From: Eledone cirrhosa
Taxonomy: Eukaryota
Reading direction: 5' to 3'
Assembly (NCBI GenBank): GCA_964016885.1
Contig: OZ024742.1
Location: 136,338,001-136,402,000, forward strand
Length of the DNA: 64,000 nt
Of the stretch, positions 38,060 to 51,725 are shown piece after piece. Position 1 is the stretch's first letter. Each line of letters begins with the position of its first letter. Position numbers and translations under genes: made by a program. The notes under the pieces were generated by a model, which searched no databases, was not told the origin of the DNA, and saw only the letters and a list, made by a program, of their open reading frames with translations.

Positions 38060-38717
38060 GTATGTGAACGCAGCATGATTGAGTGTTTAAGAATTATTAG
38101 GTTCCAGGTTTTGCAATTATTAGTTTCCGGGTTCAACCCTACTGCAAGACATCTTAGGCTCATGTCATTTACCAAAGCCTTAGTTTGACCCATGCTCTTT
38201 GAGTGAATTATGTCAACAAAAACTGTTTGCGTGTCCGTTAGGTGGATTACACTTGTAATTAAAAGAATCAGCCATGAATTTCCTTGAGAATTACATTTAT
38301 AGTACTTGTGTCAGTAAAGGGACAGGTCTTATTGGTTAGAGTGTTCGACTTATCATCATAACATTGTGTGTTTGATTCCTGGACTGCGTTGTCTATGTGT
38401 TCTTGATCAAAACACTTTATTTCATTTTATTCCACCGTACTCAGTTGAAAATGAATACCAGAAATGATTGGAGGTTTAAGTCTATGAGGGACTGGCATCA
38501 TGGCTGGGGGAAGTCTTGTATTTCCAGTTGCATGATGCTATGGAAGCTGGGATAAGCCTTGGCCTCATGAACCTCCAGGCTCAAAAAAGATTTTGGCCTG
38601 CTGAATCCACTTACACAGTAACAGAATCTTCTGTTGATTGAGAAACTGGATTCTTTATATATGTGTATACGTCGGTCTATATGTATGTATGTATATTTAT
38701 ATATATATATATATTCA

Positions 38718-39010
38718 TGATGGCAACACAGTAAAAAGCACCCAGTCCACACTGTAAAATGGTTGTGTTGGCAACATGAAAAAAGTGCCCAGTTCATGCT
38801 GCAGAGTGGTCATGTAGGAGTGATGAAAAAAAGCACCCAGTACACACTGTAAATGTGGTTGGCATTAGGAAGGGCCACCAGCCATAGAATCCAAGCTAAA
38901 ATCAGCCCTGCATGAGCGAAACACGGTCGCTTGACCAGATCTCTCACAAAGGGACGGCCTGGCCTACCTATGCTAGCATGGAAAATGGACGCTAAACGAT
39001 GATGATGATG
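38718..39010 (+). mobile_element. SINE family B 3' part with three ~42-bp units
   Basis: Repeats of aaaaagcacccagt.cacactgtaaa, then taggaagggc..gctagcatggaaaatggacg..(gat)n. Confidence 0.8.
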
Positions 39011-39170
39011 TGTATGTATATGTATATATACTCTGTTTACTGATGGAAAAGAGAATAATGTTTGAAGAATGAAGGAGATTTTGCTTCATTGTTTTCTCTT
39101 GTAAGTAATTTTGTTGAAAAATATAAACATTTATACACATACATGTTAAAGTGAATATATATGTGTATGC

Positions 39171-39206
<36 letters not shown>

Positions 39207-39448
39207 GTATATGTGTGTATATATATGTATATATATATATGTATATATATATATATGTATATGGGTGTATATATATGTGTATATATATATGATCTGTTAT
39301 TCATTCTGACGACTGAAGACATATAAATATCTGTCTCCAAGTAACCATTGGTAAATGAAATAATTATCTTATGTTGTTTATTACATAACTAAAAAGCTCT
39401 GTAGCTTACATAGAGCACTCTATTTTCCTTTACCTTTCCTACTGAAAT

Positions 39449-39519
<71 letters not shown>

Positions 39520-39871
39520 GGGAGGTATTTATATAGATACATCCATACACATATAGACTTAAAGTCATAAAAACATGTGTGCACTCTGAACTCATTCTGA
39601 AAAGACTGATTTTGTCTTCAATCTTTTCTTTGCTTCTTTTATTAAATAGAGAAAGAAACTATGAAAAATAAACTAAATGAATATTCACATATCTTGAGTG
39701 TAATATACACACTCAAAGATAGAAGTGTGTGTATGCGAATATATGTGTATCTATAATTATACACTTATACATCTGATCATAAGAAATATTGGGAATCTAA
39801 AAATGCTTTTATAATCTATTAGTTGTTATGCTGCATTGGATCTGAATATATGTGCATATGTTTGTGCCCGT

Positions 39872-39904
<33 letters not shown>

Positions 39905-40453
39905 CTCACACATGTATATATATATATATATCATCATTATCATCATCATCGTTTAACGTCTATCTTCCACGCTAGCATGGGTTTATTTAGAAACTCTGTT
40001 GCATTTCAGTTTTAAAATATGAGAGGAAAAATGGAAGTAATGTTAAGAGATATCAAAACTTTTACCATATACTTTGTGATGTTTTTGACTTAAGAATCCT
40101 GAGTTCATACATAGGTTCCTATTCACAAATTCAACAGAGCTAAATGACAAATATAAAACATTGATTAGAGCAGAAACAATTGAAGATTTTTGGTCATATT
40201 TGATGGTGCAAGATCCTTCAGCATTGACTTGAAAATATACTACTTATCATTCTGGTATTATTGTTGCAACAAAATATTCATTACTGCCAATGAGGGTCAT
40301 TTTAAGTGTACTAAGAACAGATTAACTTTTCTGTCCTGGGATGTACTAATAAAACAAGCACTGTTAAGGGTTAATTTTATATAGTAGATAAAATCCTTCA
40401 CTTTCATTCATAAAATTAAAAAAATGAGGTAAATTAATGTATTCTTAATCAAA

Positions 40454-40513
<60 letters not shown>

Positions 40514-41302
40514 AGATCTAAAATATATATTAATATATACTAGCACATAAATTAACTCTCATGCACCAAACAATATTTGAACCTACGTGTATACACACAT
40601 GATTGCATGTCTATAAGCATGTGGCATAAAAAACCTGCTTCAGATTTTCTATGAAGTGTTTAGTTCAGAATTATATTTAAGGAACGTCTATTTGCATGTA
40701 GGGTCCAGTCTATTCACTTGTAATGTATTCAAAGATTCTGAATACATTACGAGTGTATTTTTTCACAAAGAAGAGCATGGATCTCCAAGGATATGTGTTT
40801 AAGAAACATTTTGTCCACTGCAGAGAAAAAGAAATAGATACTAAGTGGAAGAGTTTGTTATTCCCAGATAAATATATCTTCATCTGTACCTTTGATCAAA
40901 TATGTTTATGCAATTTACTTTCCACCAAATGTGATGTCACTAATTCTGCCATAGGACTAAGATATCTTCAGATTGTTGAGTATTTCATGAATGGCAAGCT
41001 GACAGCAGGGAACAGGTGTGTGTAGACAGAAAGCTATTGAAAGGATTATACTGAGAAGAATTCCATATGAAACAAACCCAAAAAATGAAAGTGACATGCA
41101 GCTGTTTAGGAGTGCTTGACTCACCAAGGGGAAGTGTAATTGGCAGATTTGTTTAGCCAAAATATAAAACATTCCAAAAGTGAAACTGATACTATAGTCT
41201 AGTGACATGTATATATAAGATTACCTTCACTAACACTGCATTTTGAAATGTAAAAGGATAGCATGTTTAGTCATGGATCCTGTCTTCATGCTGTCATATT
41301 TT

Positions 41303-41400
41303 ACAGGTGCTAATATACCATAATTCCAAAATATAACACAAAATCCCAAGTCCTGAAACACTTAAGTTCACAAGCATTTTGGATAAAGGATTATTAATTA
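41303..41400. mobile_element. Short pogo/Tigger-type (MER2-like) MITE remnant
   Basis: Starts TA|CAGGTG. Ends gaaacactt..caagcattttggataaaggat, resembling Tigger-family termini as I recall them. Confidence 0.45.
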
Positions 41401-41799
41401 CAACAAACACACATGCACATGCATACATGCACACACACACTTATACTCACACACACGCATGTGAGAGAGAGGAGCAGAAAGAAAGGCCAATGCTTAAATG
41501 GGAAATAAACCAGCATTCTCCTAGCTTAAATCATCTGTGGTTATTTTGTTGGGTAGTACACCTAATTAATAACTGGGCTCTTAATTCCAGAAATGTTAAT
41601 TTTAATACATTTGGATTGTATACCACCAAAATATCATAAACCTGAAAATATGTATTACCTGATTTGAAAACCTATATGTGTCTTAGGGACATTATCTATG
41701 GTAACAGAAAATAGTAAAGTTAAACACATCAAAACAAATGTATTGATGTACACAATATTTGATTCCTATTTCCAATATACAGGTCTATTGGAAATATAT

Positions 41800-42265
41800 A
41801 ATAATAATAATAATGAAAATATTGTGTACAGTGCTCAGGTGCACTACAACTCACCAAAAGTGTATGTATAGTACATAGAGTAATGTACAAACGTCAGGAA
41901 AATGAACAGTGCATTATATACACGTGCGCATGTGTATGGAAGGGGGACATCAGGTGTAGTTTTGGCGAATTTCGGGAAGCATGAGGGTTTTAAAGGATGC
42001 AGTGTCTTGGCAGCTAACAACTGATGCAGGCAGTTTGTTCCATGCTTCAGCAACTCTAAGTGTGAAAAAATGTTTCCAAAAGTCATGGGTGCTGTTTTCT
42101 GACTTTGTAGGCATGTCCATGTGTGTTAGACACATGGTGATCAAAAAGGTGCTCAGGGTTGTTGTTGGCGAGATGATTAATAACTTTGTGGGTGTTTACC
42201 AAGTCCATTGCCAGACTTCGGAGCTTCAATGAATCCATGCCCAGGGAAGCAAGGCGTTCAGAGTA
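41800..42265 (-). mobile_element. CR1-clade LINE 3' end with (TTA)n tail
   Basis: YSERLASLGMDSLKLRSLAMDLVNTHKVI..THGHAYKV, then after a frameshift FFTLRVAEAWNKLPASVV..SFK. This is the canonical CR1 ORF2 C-terminus. Confidence 0.9.
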
Positions 42266-42841
42266 CAATTTCGTTTGAAATGGATGAATAGTATAGTTTT
42301 CTATAAAGAAGCCATAATAATGTTTATGCAACACTGGGACTGCTGGTATCAAAGAAAAGATTTTAATTGCCTGAATGTATATCACAAAACAGTTCACAGA
42401 TTTTAACTATTTAGAAAATAACCCAACATCTACATTAAAAAATCTAGCAAATCCTGAATATATTTTGATCAATTAAAAAAAGGAGTCCCTGATACAATAA
42501 TGAGCCTGTTGATATTTATGCTATATTCTTTAATAATGATTAACCCTGACATTTAATATTTTATAATTATGTTTTGTGTTATTTCTATAAATATATAGTC
42601 ACCTATCTACCCAAATAGAAATGAAAATTATCTCATCTTTTTTTTCTTTATAATTAAAATTATTTCACTTAGAATCCTTCTACACAATAAAAGGAATGTT
42701 TAAAACAGAATATATTACAAGATAGTAATAATTCTCTTACATTTCAATATAGATTTTTTAATGATTATTTTCGTTATCCCTTCAATTATTTTTCTTTATT
42801 ATCTAATCTCATTTCAAGTTTCCAAACACAAATGAGTTAAC

Positions 42842-42926
42842 ATTATTATTAAACAAGTACCAGTAATGCACTGGGTGATTGCTGGCCTTGTGCCAAAAGT
42901 AGAAACAATTATTATTAAACAAGTAC
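42842..42926 (+). mobile_element. Severely 5'-truncated SINE A insertion with 19-bp TSD
   Basis: attattattaaacaagtac occurs at 42842-42860 and 42908-42926, around the SINE 3' end. Confidence 0.8.
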
Positions 42927-43708
42927 AGTCATGCCCATACAAGTGCATGAATACATTACACAATCACGAGTTTATATATATATATGTATGTATGTATTGA
43001 CACATACATTCATAAGGGATAAATCAGCAGAAAAGGAAATGAAAATCAAACTAACTATTAAAAAATCTATACAACAAAGAAAAACGTCAAGGTAAAAAAT
43101 ACTAACATTTCAAGAATTAAAAAAGTTAAATAAAACAATCCCATAGAAACATTCTCAAACAAATTCTTGGGGTTAAAAAATCTAATCTTAAGCTTTTCTT
43201 AAAGTTTGATAGTTTAAAATTTTTTTCTGCCTCAATTCATTTAATTTGATTTTTTTGTGTGTGTGTGAATGAAGATTTGCATCATCACTTCATTGACTTG
43301 AAATTTTTCACAAAGAATTTATAATTTGAAAAATGGGATTTAACTGATACAGAGTGCAATTCTGGATAGGATACCTTACTGTAGCTTGTTTTTCATGACT
43401 CTATTATAACTATGTTCCACCAAGTTCAACTTAGCTTTTTTTGCAGACATCCATGCAATAAATATCAGTAATATCTTAAAAGTCCATTCATTTTCAAACG
43501 TTCATCAATTTTGTCAAAAGAAATTGTTATTATTATTACTTTTTAAAAGATAGCTCTTCAAAGCATTTGTTGTATGTTAATAAAGGGAAATTTCCATTTT
43601 CCAACTGACTTCCCCTAATTTATTTGTTTTTTTTTAATACTTAATGGCATTCATAGATATTGAATAGACACTGACACCCACGTACACACACACACGCACA
43701 CACACACG

Positions 43709-43796
<88 letters not shown>

Positions 43797-44258
43797 GTGC
43801 ATTGAATTTGGAAAGTTTGAGGATATCTGCAGCCTCTCACAACTCTCATTTTCTAGTTCATTTCTTTTCTTTATATTTTCATTCACAAAATAAAAGATGA
43901 TGTAAATTATTGTACTTTTTTAAATCAAATTAAAATATAGATAAATATACACTAGCCCATAAATTAACTCACATGTACCCAATAATATTTGGACCTATGT
44001 GTACACATATTTATGTGTTGATAAAACTGTGGCATAAACAAAACTGCTTCAGAGTTCATAGAAAATGTTTTGTTTGGATTTATATTTGAGGAACCTCTTT
44101 TTACATGTAGGGTCCTGTCTATTTTAAAAAAAAACAACAAAACATGAAGGTGGCTAAAGAAATAATGACTCAAAATGTATTCAGAATATTTCAACATAAG
44201 ATAAGATTATATTCTTTTCAAATGAATTTTAGTAGAAGAACCATGACATTGTATCTTC

Positions 44259-44317
44259 TATCATAGACAATATATTAAGATATATGTGACATATATCTCA
44301 ATATATTGTCTATGATA
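44259..44317. repeat. 59-nt near-perfect palindrome
   Basis: 29-nt arms around G44288 with one mismatch (44277/44299). Confidence 0.9.
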
Positions 44318-44409
44318 TTTTATTGTTATACATATTGTACAATTTTCCATCTTTTATATCTATAATATCAATTATCAGGTATTGTAAACTTGCCTATTTT
44401 TTTATAAAT

Positions 44410-44538
<129 letters not shown>

Positions 44539-46545
44539 ATTATTATTCTGAGATTACTTTCAGTTGCTACTCTGAGTAACACAATACTCATTGGTCAGCA
44601 AGCATTTGTTAAATGTATATATTATACTATATATTGGTATTAAGCCCTTTTCCTCATGTTTGCAAACCCAGGACTAGATTCAGTAATACTCATAGGTTTA
44701 TGTAGGCATATTTAAATTCAGTATATATTTTTAGGTGCAACTATGGCTGTGTAGTTAAGTATCTACCTTCACAACCACTTTGTCTTTGGATTTATCACAC
44801 TGCATGGCATCATGGACAAGATTTTACACTATAGAATAAGGCCAACCAATTATTTGTTAGTAAATTTTGTAGAAGGACACTATAAGAAGGACATCATGTG
44901 TGAATGTGTGTGTGTGCATGTGACGCAATTTGAAAATGAGCAGTGAGATTTCTTTGTGTTCCACGTACATAACAGTACATCCCACATGTTATGGTTCAAC
45001 TGAGTTTGTCAGAATATATCCCACTTAAAAATAAAGTATGAGTTTATGTTTGGAAGGTAACAAGACCTGACATATTTATTTTAATATTCCACTGATTTCA
45101 GTGTAAATCTCATTGAGGTTTGCAGCCTTTGATACACCGACCACGAATTACGGTGCCACTGGTTTTAATAAAATATGTACCAGTAAAACATGATGATTGA
45201 TTTGGTCTATTATATTACTTTGTCTTCTTAAAATTTCTCTAATCATTACAGTGTCAAACAAAAAGCATTCTCTGTTTAACTTTTACTAAGGTTGACTTTG
45301 ATTCTTCGTTTTTCTAGGGTCATTAAAATAATGTATCATTCAAATACTAGGTCTAAAATAATCAACAGCTTTCTCAACCTGAATATTTCAAGCTTTGTGT
45401 GTCTGTGTACGAAATCAATATTATTACCTCCATCATCATTCATCATAACTATGTCATTCCTGTTATCCAATTGTCTTCAATTTCTTGGTAATATGTATTA
45501 TGCTCTTTGGAAATACTCTAATCATTTTGGTACCATATCTAATGAACAACACTGTCTTATAATTCACAAATCATTTTGAAAATAATAAAAAATGAAGAGG
45601 AATTTAATAAAATAACTAACATTCATGATATTTAGCTGGTGATTGAATCATAACTGAACAAACGTTCTTCTACAGAAGTATGATAAAAGGTTTTTTTTAT
45701 ATAAAATAGATAACTTAGTATCATAGAACCAGAAGCAGTTTCAAGCTGTTTGGTATCAAAAGAACTACAATAACAATTTCTTAATAAGTCTAAACCATTT
45801 AATAACTAACTTGCCAAAAATTGCCTCTGGTTTTGTGAAACAAATCCACCCATTTTAAAGGGTTTCTATTCAAATAAACATTTTTTCAGATAATTTTATA
45901 TAAGAACCATATGTTGAGTAATGAAATAATTACTAAATTTAGCAATTCGGTAATTAATTGAATTATTGTATTCCATTAGCAATATTGTCCCGAAAAGGTG
46001 AAGTCATAATTTGGTGCCTTTGTAAACAATTATTACTGTTTCTGTAAATATTATTTGTATTGTTATTGTTATTATTACTGTTGTCTTTGTTGTCATATCT
46101 AATTTGTTTTAATATTAATGTTTTATTTTTATTTTTTGTGTTATTGCAATTTTGTAATGTGATTCTGTGTGTGTGTGTTTTTCTTTGGAGTATTTTGATT
46201 GTTTTGTGGTCACATGTTATTAATTTCATTCCTATCTTTTATTTCTAATCAGAACAAATTCATATTAGAGAAAATAAATAGTTCTTACTATCTAATTATT
46301 TGTTATCAATTTTGCATATGTACACAGATATACACACTCATACATACATGTATATATATTCACATACACATGATACATACACAAGCACACACATGTATAT
46401 ATATATATATGTGTGTATAGATACAAATATAGACCCATGTATTGAGTCCTTGGCCCACATGGATGGTAAAGGCTTCACTTGATTACTGACCAGTCTGTGA
46501 CAATACAGCCAACCCTTGGTAGCAGAGAAAATATGATGATAATGA

Positions 46546-46584
<39 letters not shown>

Positions 46585-47769
46585 GTATATTGTATATACT
46601 CACACAAAAAACATGTTTTTAGAAGAAAACCTTAACGTTGTCAAGTTTTATTGTTCTGTATACTAAGTTCTAGGTTATATGACTAACTATCTACCTACAC
46701 ACCTACCTTCTGCAAATCTATGTTCATCTTCATTTTTCTTCTTTCATTTTTTTTCTTCCTAATTGTTTCACACTTGAAAGATTTAGTTAATGATTGTTGA
46801 TCCTGTTGATTCAGTAATAAAGGCAATATCATTGAAATATATTTCATTGTTGGAGCCCAGGGTTGGTATACTATGCATACCATGTTTAACAGATGTATAA
46901 ACAATCCAAAAAACTAGGAATTTTGCCATCTGATAAATTAATAGTTTGCATAGGAGAACCCTGTAGTTTATGTTAATTATAGACAGTTTTAAGTGATTAA
47001 ATATAAGAATTATATTTTGATAATTTATTTTAAAGATATAATTGCATAAATATCATTAAATGTATAAGTGACTTTGCGGAAAAAATTATTTATGGAGACG
47101 AATGTAAGGTTAAAATCCAGGACTTGTAATGTTGCAACATCACTGAGATGAAAAATGCATTGTGTGTGTTTGAGTGTGTACATTTTAAGGACTTACATAC
47201 ATGTGTATATAAACAACAATACAAACACACACACAGTCTATTATTAGGGTTGATTCATAATTTCAACACTCATATCCAATTATACCTTGCTTTTGGTGCA
47301 TTAATTTCAATGCAATGAACCAGTCTTTTCTGTCACATGATAATATTAGTCTTTCTTCCATTTCATATCTAGTTAATGTAAAATGCAAAGTAACTAGCTT
47401 CAGAATCTCAAGGCTTTTATAACAACAGGTACTTATTTCAATTTGTATTGCCTTAAGTGGACAAATGAGGAATCCTATTCTGCAGTTGACAGTAGTTAAT
47501 ACTTCTAGAAGTTCTGGTGCCTTTTCTTACAGATTAGAGGCTTGAGAGGCAATATGGAAAATAGCATCTTGTTCAAAGATGCATTTCTAGTAGATTTGAA
47601 TAGAAAACCTAAAGACTAGAAATTTGATAATAGAGAATAATGCTTCATAAACCCATAGGAGAGTTTTAAATGGCAGTACTTAGCTCTGCTTTCAAGTTGT
47701 TATGTCGAAGGGAGATAAACGTGTCCCTGGAGAGAATACTTGTGTATTTCAGTTCAATATTTCCAGATG

Positions 47770-47880
47770 ATCTGGCATTTATTATCAGCAATATGTTGAA
47801 CCTAACCAATATGAAATAAGCTTTTCTGTCCACAAACATAACAGCATACCTGCATTTTGGTTGCAGCATGACTGTAATAT
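47770..47880 (-). mobile_element. Possible RTE C-terminal zinc-knuckle remnant
   Basis: The minus strand reads VCCYVCGQKSLFHIG*VQH, similar to RTE CxxCGRxCxSRIGLxSH. Confidence 0.35.
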
Positions 47881-49129
47881 AAAGTTCATTTAAAATCAAA
47901 CAACTTTTTCTTTAACCCACTACATAGCTTCTTGAGTAATTATTATTTGTTAAAACTTTGGATCAACCCAAGCTTTGTGATTGAAATTAAGTAGACAGAA
48001 ACTGTTTGGAAGCCTTTTGGATGAACTGTCTCTTTAATGCAAAATGATAGACTTGTAGATACACTGTATCATACTGAATATCCCATTTACAATATATTAT
48101 CCCTAGATTTGAACCTAGTTTGATATCATTTCACCTCTACATTTCTATTGTTCTATCTCAATGTGGTTGTCAGTTCTATAAGCCCACTGAATAATCATAG
48201 AGGCACAATTGACCTGTAGAGAGATTCATGTGAAGGATATTCTTGATTTGTTTCAAGATATTCTTGATTTGTTTCCAGAGTACCATTATTAATCCCATAG
48301 GAAGATTTGAGCTAGGTACTACAATTTTGTGAAATATTCATCAATATTGGATGGTAACTGGGAGAAACATGAGATTTATGTACGACTGAAACCATGGACA
48401 TTATTAGGGCAGGGGATAAAGTTATCAACAAAAGAACAGACATATTCGCTACACATGAATTATATAAGATATTTCTAAGATTATATGGGTAAACATATGA
48501 TAACTCTGCAACGGAAATAAAATAGTTATATATAAAAGTTAAACCCCAAAATAATTACATATAGGGTTATAGGTAAACTAATTATATTAATTAAATTGTT
48601 TAAACTAATGACCATTATAGAACTACAGAGAAAAAGGTGACGCTAATTACTACCCACAAACAGGACTATAGTCGTAACACAAATATGAGTGTACACATAT
48701 TAAAACCAGCAAATTAACAAAAAATCTGGGTGTACAGGTCTGATAGAAGAGGAATAAATTAGCAACATGCACACACACACAAATACAGATACACACACAT
48801 GCACAAACACACTCACATACTCAAACACACACGCATGTACATAAGCATATATTTACACACACATTCCTACCTGCACATCATAATACACAAAAATGGAACG
48901 AATTCATAAAAAAAAAAAAAAATTATTGTTTTTTTTAAATCAGCTTTCATAGAAATATTGGCCAATGAAACATCTAAATAAGAAAGTTGATGTTGCCAGT
49001 GAAGAGACAAACATACACACGCATACAAATTCAAATACACAAATACAATCATGCAGTTAATGAAACAGCACCAAACTTACGACCTTGACAATGCCAACAA
49101 AAAAAACATCAACTAAAAGTACTTGTTTT

Positions 49130-49512
49130 GGTGGCATGACAAAAAACACCCAGCCCACACTGTAAAGTAATCATGTAGGTGTCATAACAAAAATTGCCCA
49201 GCCCACACTGTAAAATCATCATGTAGGTGTCATGACAAAAAATGCCCAGGCCACACTGTCAGGTTGTTGTAATGGTGACATGACAAAACATGCCCAGCCC
49301 ACACTCTAAAGTGATCGTGTAGATGTCACAACAAAAAGCACCCCAGTACACACTCTAAATGTGGTTGTTTTTAGGAAGGGCATCCAGCCATAGAAACCAA
49401 ATCAGTTCTGTATGATCAAGACATGGTCACCTGATCTGAATTGTCTCACAACAGGACAGCTCATCTAACCCATGCTAATGTGGAAAAATGGACATTAAAC
49501 AGTGATGATGAT
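49130..49512 (+). mobile_element. SINE family B 3' part with five ~42-bp VNTR units
   Basis: Repeats of catgacaaaaaa..cccagcccacactgtaaa..atcatgtaggtgt, followed by the family B tail. Confidence 0.85.
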
Positions 49513-49993
49513 ATGTGTGTGTGTGTTTGTAATAGCAACAGCAGTATAATTATTTGACATTCTTATTTCAATTAGACTACTTCTTCAATTCTACAGGGAG
49601 ATAGTTTTTTTTTTAATATATATTCTACTCACATATTTCTGAACAAATGGAAAACTAGAAAAAACATTTCTAAAAATTCCTTTACAAATAAAATTAAACA
49701 TATTGCCATTTTTTCTTCTTTCACTTCTGAAACTTCTCTCCAATATATGTATATGTTTGTGCAGATGTATGCATATGTGTAAACACAAATCAAAAGATAG
49801 GTGCATGTAGAGATGAGTGCTTATGTGTGTGCATGTGTGTGTGTGTATATATGTGTGCATGTGTGTGTGTATATATATGAATTTCTATAAGACATTTTAT
49901 ATAAAATAAGGATAACTATACTCTACTAACCTAACAAGTACCTTTATTAACTGTGATTACCTCTGGATTCTGGATACCCATTGAAATTCACCC

Positions 49994-50034
<41 letters not shown>

Positions 50035-50630
50035 CTAGCACCCCACACCACCAGCTTTAAACCCCGTCTCTTGTGTGCTCTTATCTATTAATAGAGCATC
50101 TAAAATAAAATATGTTAAAAGGTATTTAAATATTGCACAACAATTTAAAAAATTTATTTAGAATATCGAAATACAGAAATTAATAAAGAAAATAATAGAA
50201 AAATGTATTCTACGAAGATTATAAAACATTTACAGAACTTCAGTATATACAATATTTTAAACGTTTTTCTTTGGAGCAAATATATATGAAGAGTTTGTGG
50301 GAGCTTCCTAATCTGCAACAACCTACATACAAGCAACCCTCTTCTAGATGGAGACTGACAACTTGTTAATTGTCATTGTGTAACTAACTCTCACTGGGAA
50401 TTGAAAAGGGATAACTGCTGATATTAGCAGTATTCCTGATATAAATATGATATCTCACTTACCACATCCTGTGAAGATTTTGGCTTCAATAATGTGATGC
50501 TGTAGCTCAGTTACAACCAAGCATGTCCCATTGCACAATCATGGCTGATCCAGGTTTCTGAGAAACATGATAACTGTGCCCATTTTCAATTCAAGGTTGT
50601 GTAGCAGCATACCGGATGGTTACAAACTGT
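50035..50630 (-). mobile_element. Helitron 3' end: decayed RepHel PIF1-helicase C-terminus plus terminal CTAG
   Basis: The minus strand translates to PSGMLLHNLELKMGTVIMFLRNLDQP*LCNGTCLVV..IIEAKIFTGCGK*DIIFI..PFQFPVRVSYTMTINK, then GCLYVGCCRLGS..LFIY and NIVYTEVL*. It ends in CTAG|T at 50038-50035. Confidence 0.9.
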
Positions 50631-50841
50631 AGGCGTCATGAAGAAAGCATCCAGTACTCACTCTAAATGAGGTTGGTGCTAGGAAGGGCATCCAGCTGTA
50701 GAAACAAAGTCAAAATCAGTTCTGTATTAGGAAGACATAGTTCACTGACCTGGCCTTGCTCACAAAAGGATAACTCGTCTAACCCATGCAAGTGTGGAAA
50801 AATGGACGTTAAATGGAGATGATGTTGATGCTGATGATGAT
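50628..50841 (+). mobile_element. SINE family B 3' part abutting the Helitron fragment
   Basis: taggaagggcatccagctgtagaaac..cccatgcaagtgtggaaaaatggacgttaaa plus a GAT-rich tail. Confidence 0.8.
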
Positions 50842-51109
50842 ATTTGATATAAAGCAGTGTGAGATATGAAATAAATAACTTATAAGTTTCAAAATGCTGG
50901 TATGATGCAGTAGAAATATATAAAGGGCAAATAAAACAACAATTAATGTTTTACCAAGTGTATTTCAACATGATATTTCAGAGTATTATTCTACTTTCAA
51001 ATGTGAAATGCAAACGATTCAAAACACAAATGAACGATCGATGTCTTCTTCCTTAACTCATCTACATATCTGAAAAACCCATGCCTGGAGTCTTTATAGT
51101 AACCAATTT

Positions 51110-51300
51110 ACTTTGTGGATTTCCAATCTATTATTTATGTGTTTTTTTCTTGTTGATAATAATAACCTCTTTGATACTTACATTTCTTTTCTGTTGCCTC
51201 TATGGTGACCTCAGTGTTTTGGCAGTGGGATCTGTCCAGATGTTTTTTGACAAAAGAAGCTCACATTGTTGTGTGCTCTCTGATCTGTATGTGCTGACAT
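51110..51300 (-). mobile_element. Probable Penelope-like GIY-YIG endonuclease C-terminal remnant
   Basis: The minus strand reads HIQIREHTTM*ASFVKKHL..VTIEATE, then SIKEVIIINKKK and INNRLE. This resembles RxxEH..S.v.kH...E.i.I....lN. Confidence 0.45.
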
Positions 51301-51595
51301 TTTACATCCAAAAATTGAATATTTGATTGGGTTTATGGATCATTATTTAGGGTTTCATTTTCTTTGTGTTTAGTTTATATTGTTTGTTGATTTTTCTAAG
51401 ATTCTGCTTTAAAATTAGTATTCCTTCCATTATTAACCACTTATTTTTGTAGGTAATTCTGTTGGGTATAGAAGTATTGTGCACTAATATATCCCATTCT
51501 AGTTTTCCTATAAAGCTAAAGAATTAAACAACATTATTAAAGAAAACAATGAAATAAAGAATATGATTACATATGTGTTTCTATATGAGTGTATC

Positions 51596-51690
<95 letters not shown>

Positions 51691-51693
51691 TTA

Positions 51694-51725
<32 letters not shown>

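Noticed and set aside
49130-49350. Regularly spaced ~42-bp repeats resembling a CRISPR array
   Set aside because: There are no unique spacers and no cas genes. It is the internal VNTR of a eukaryotic SINE.
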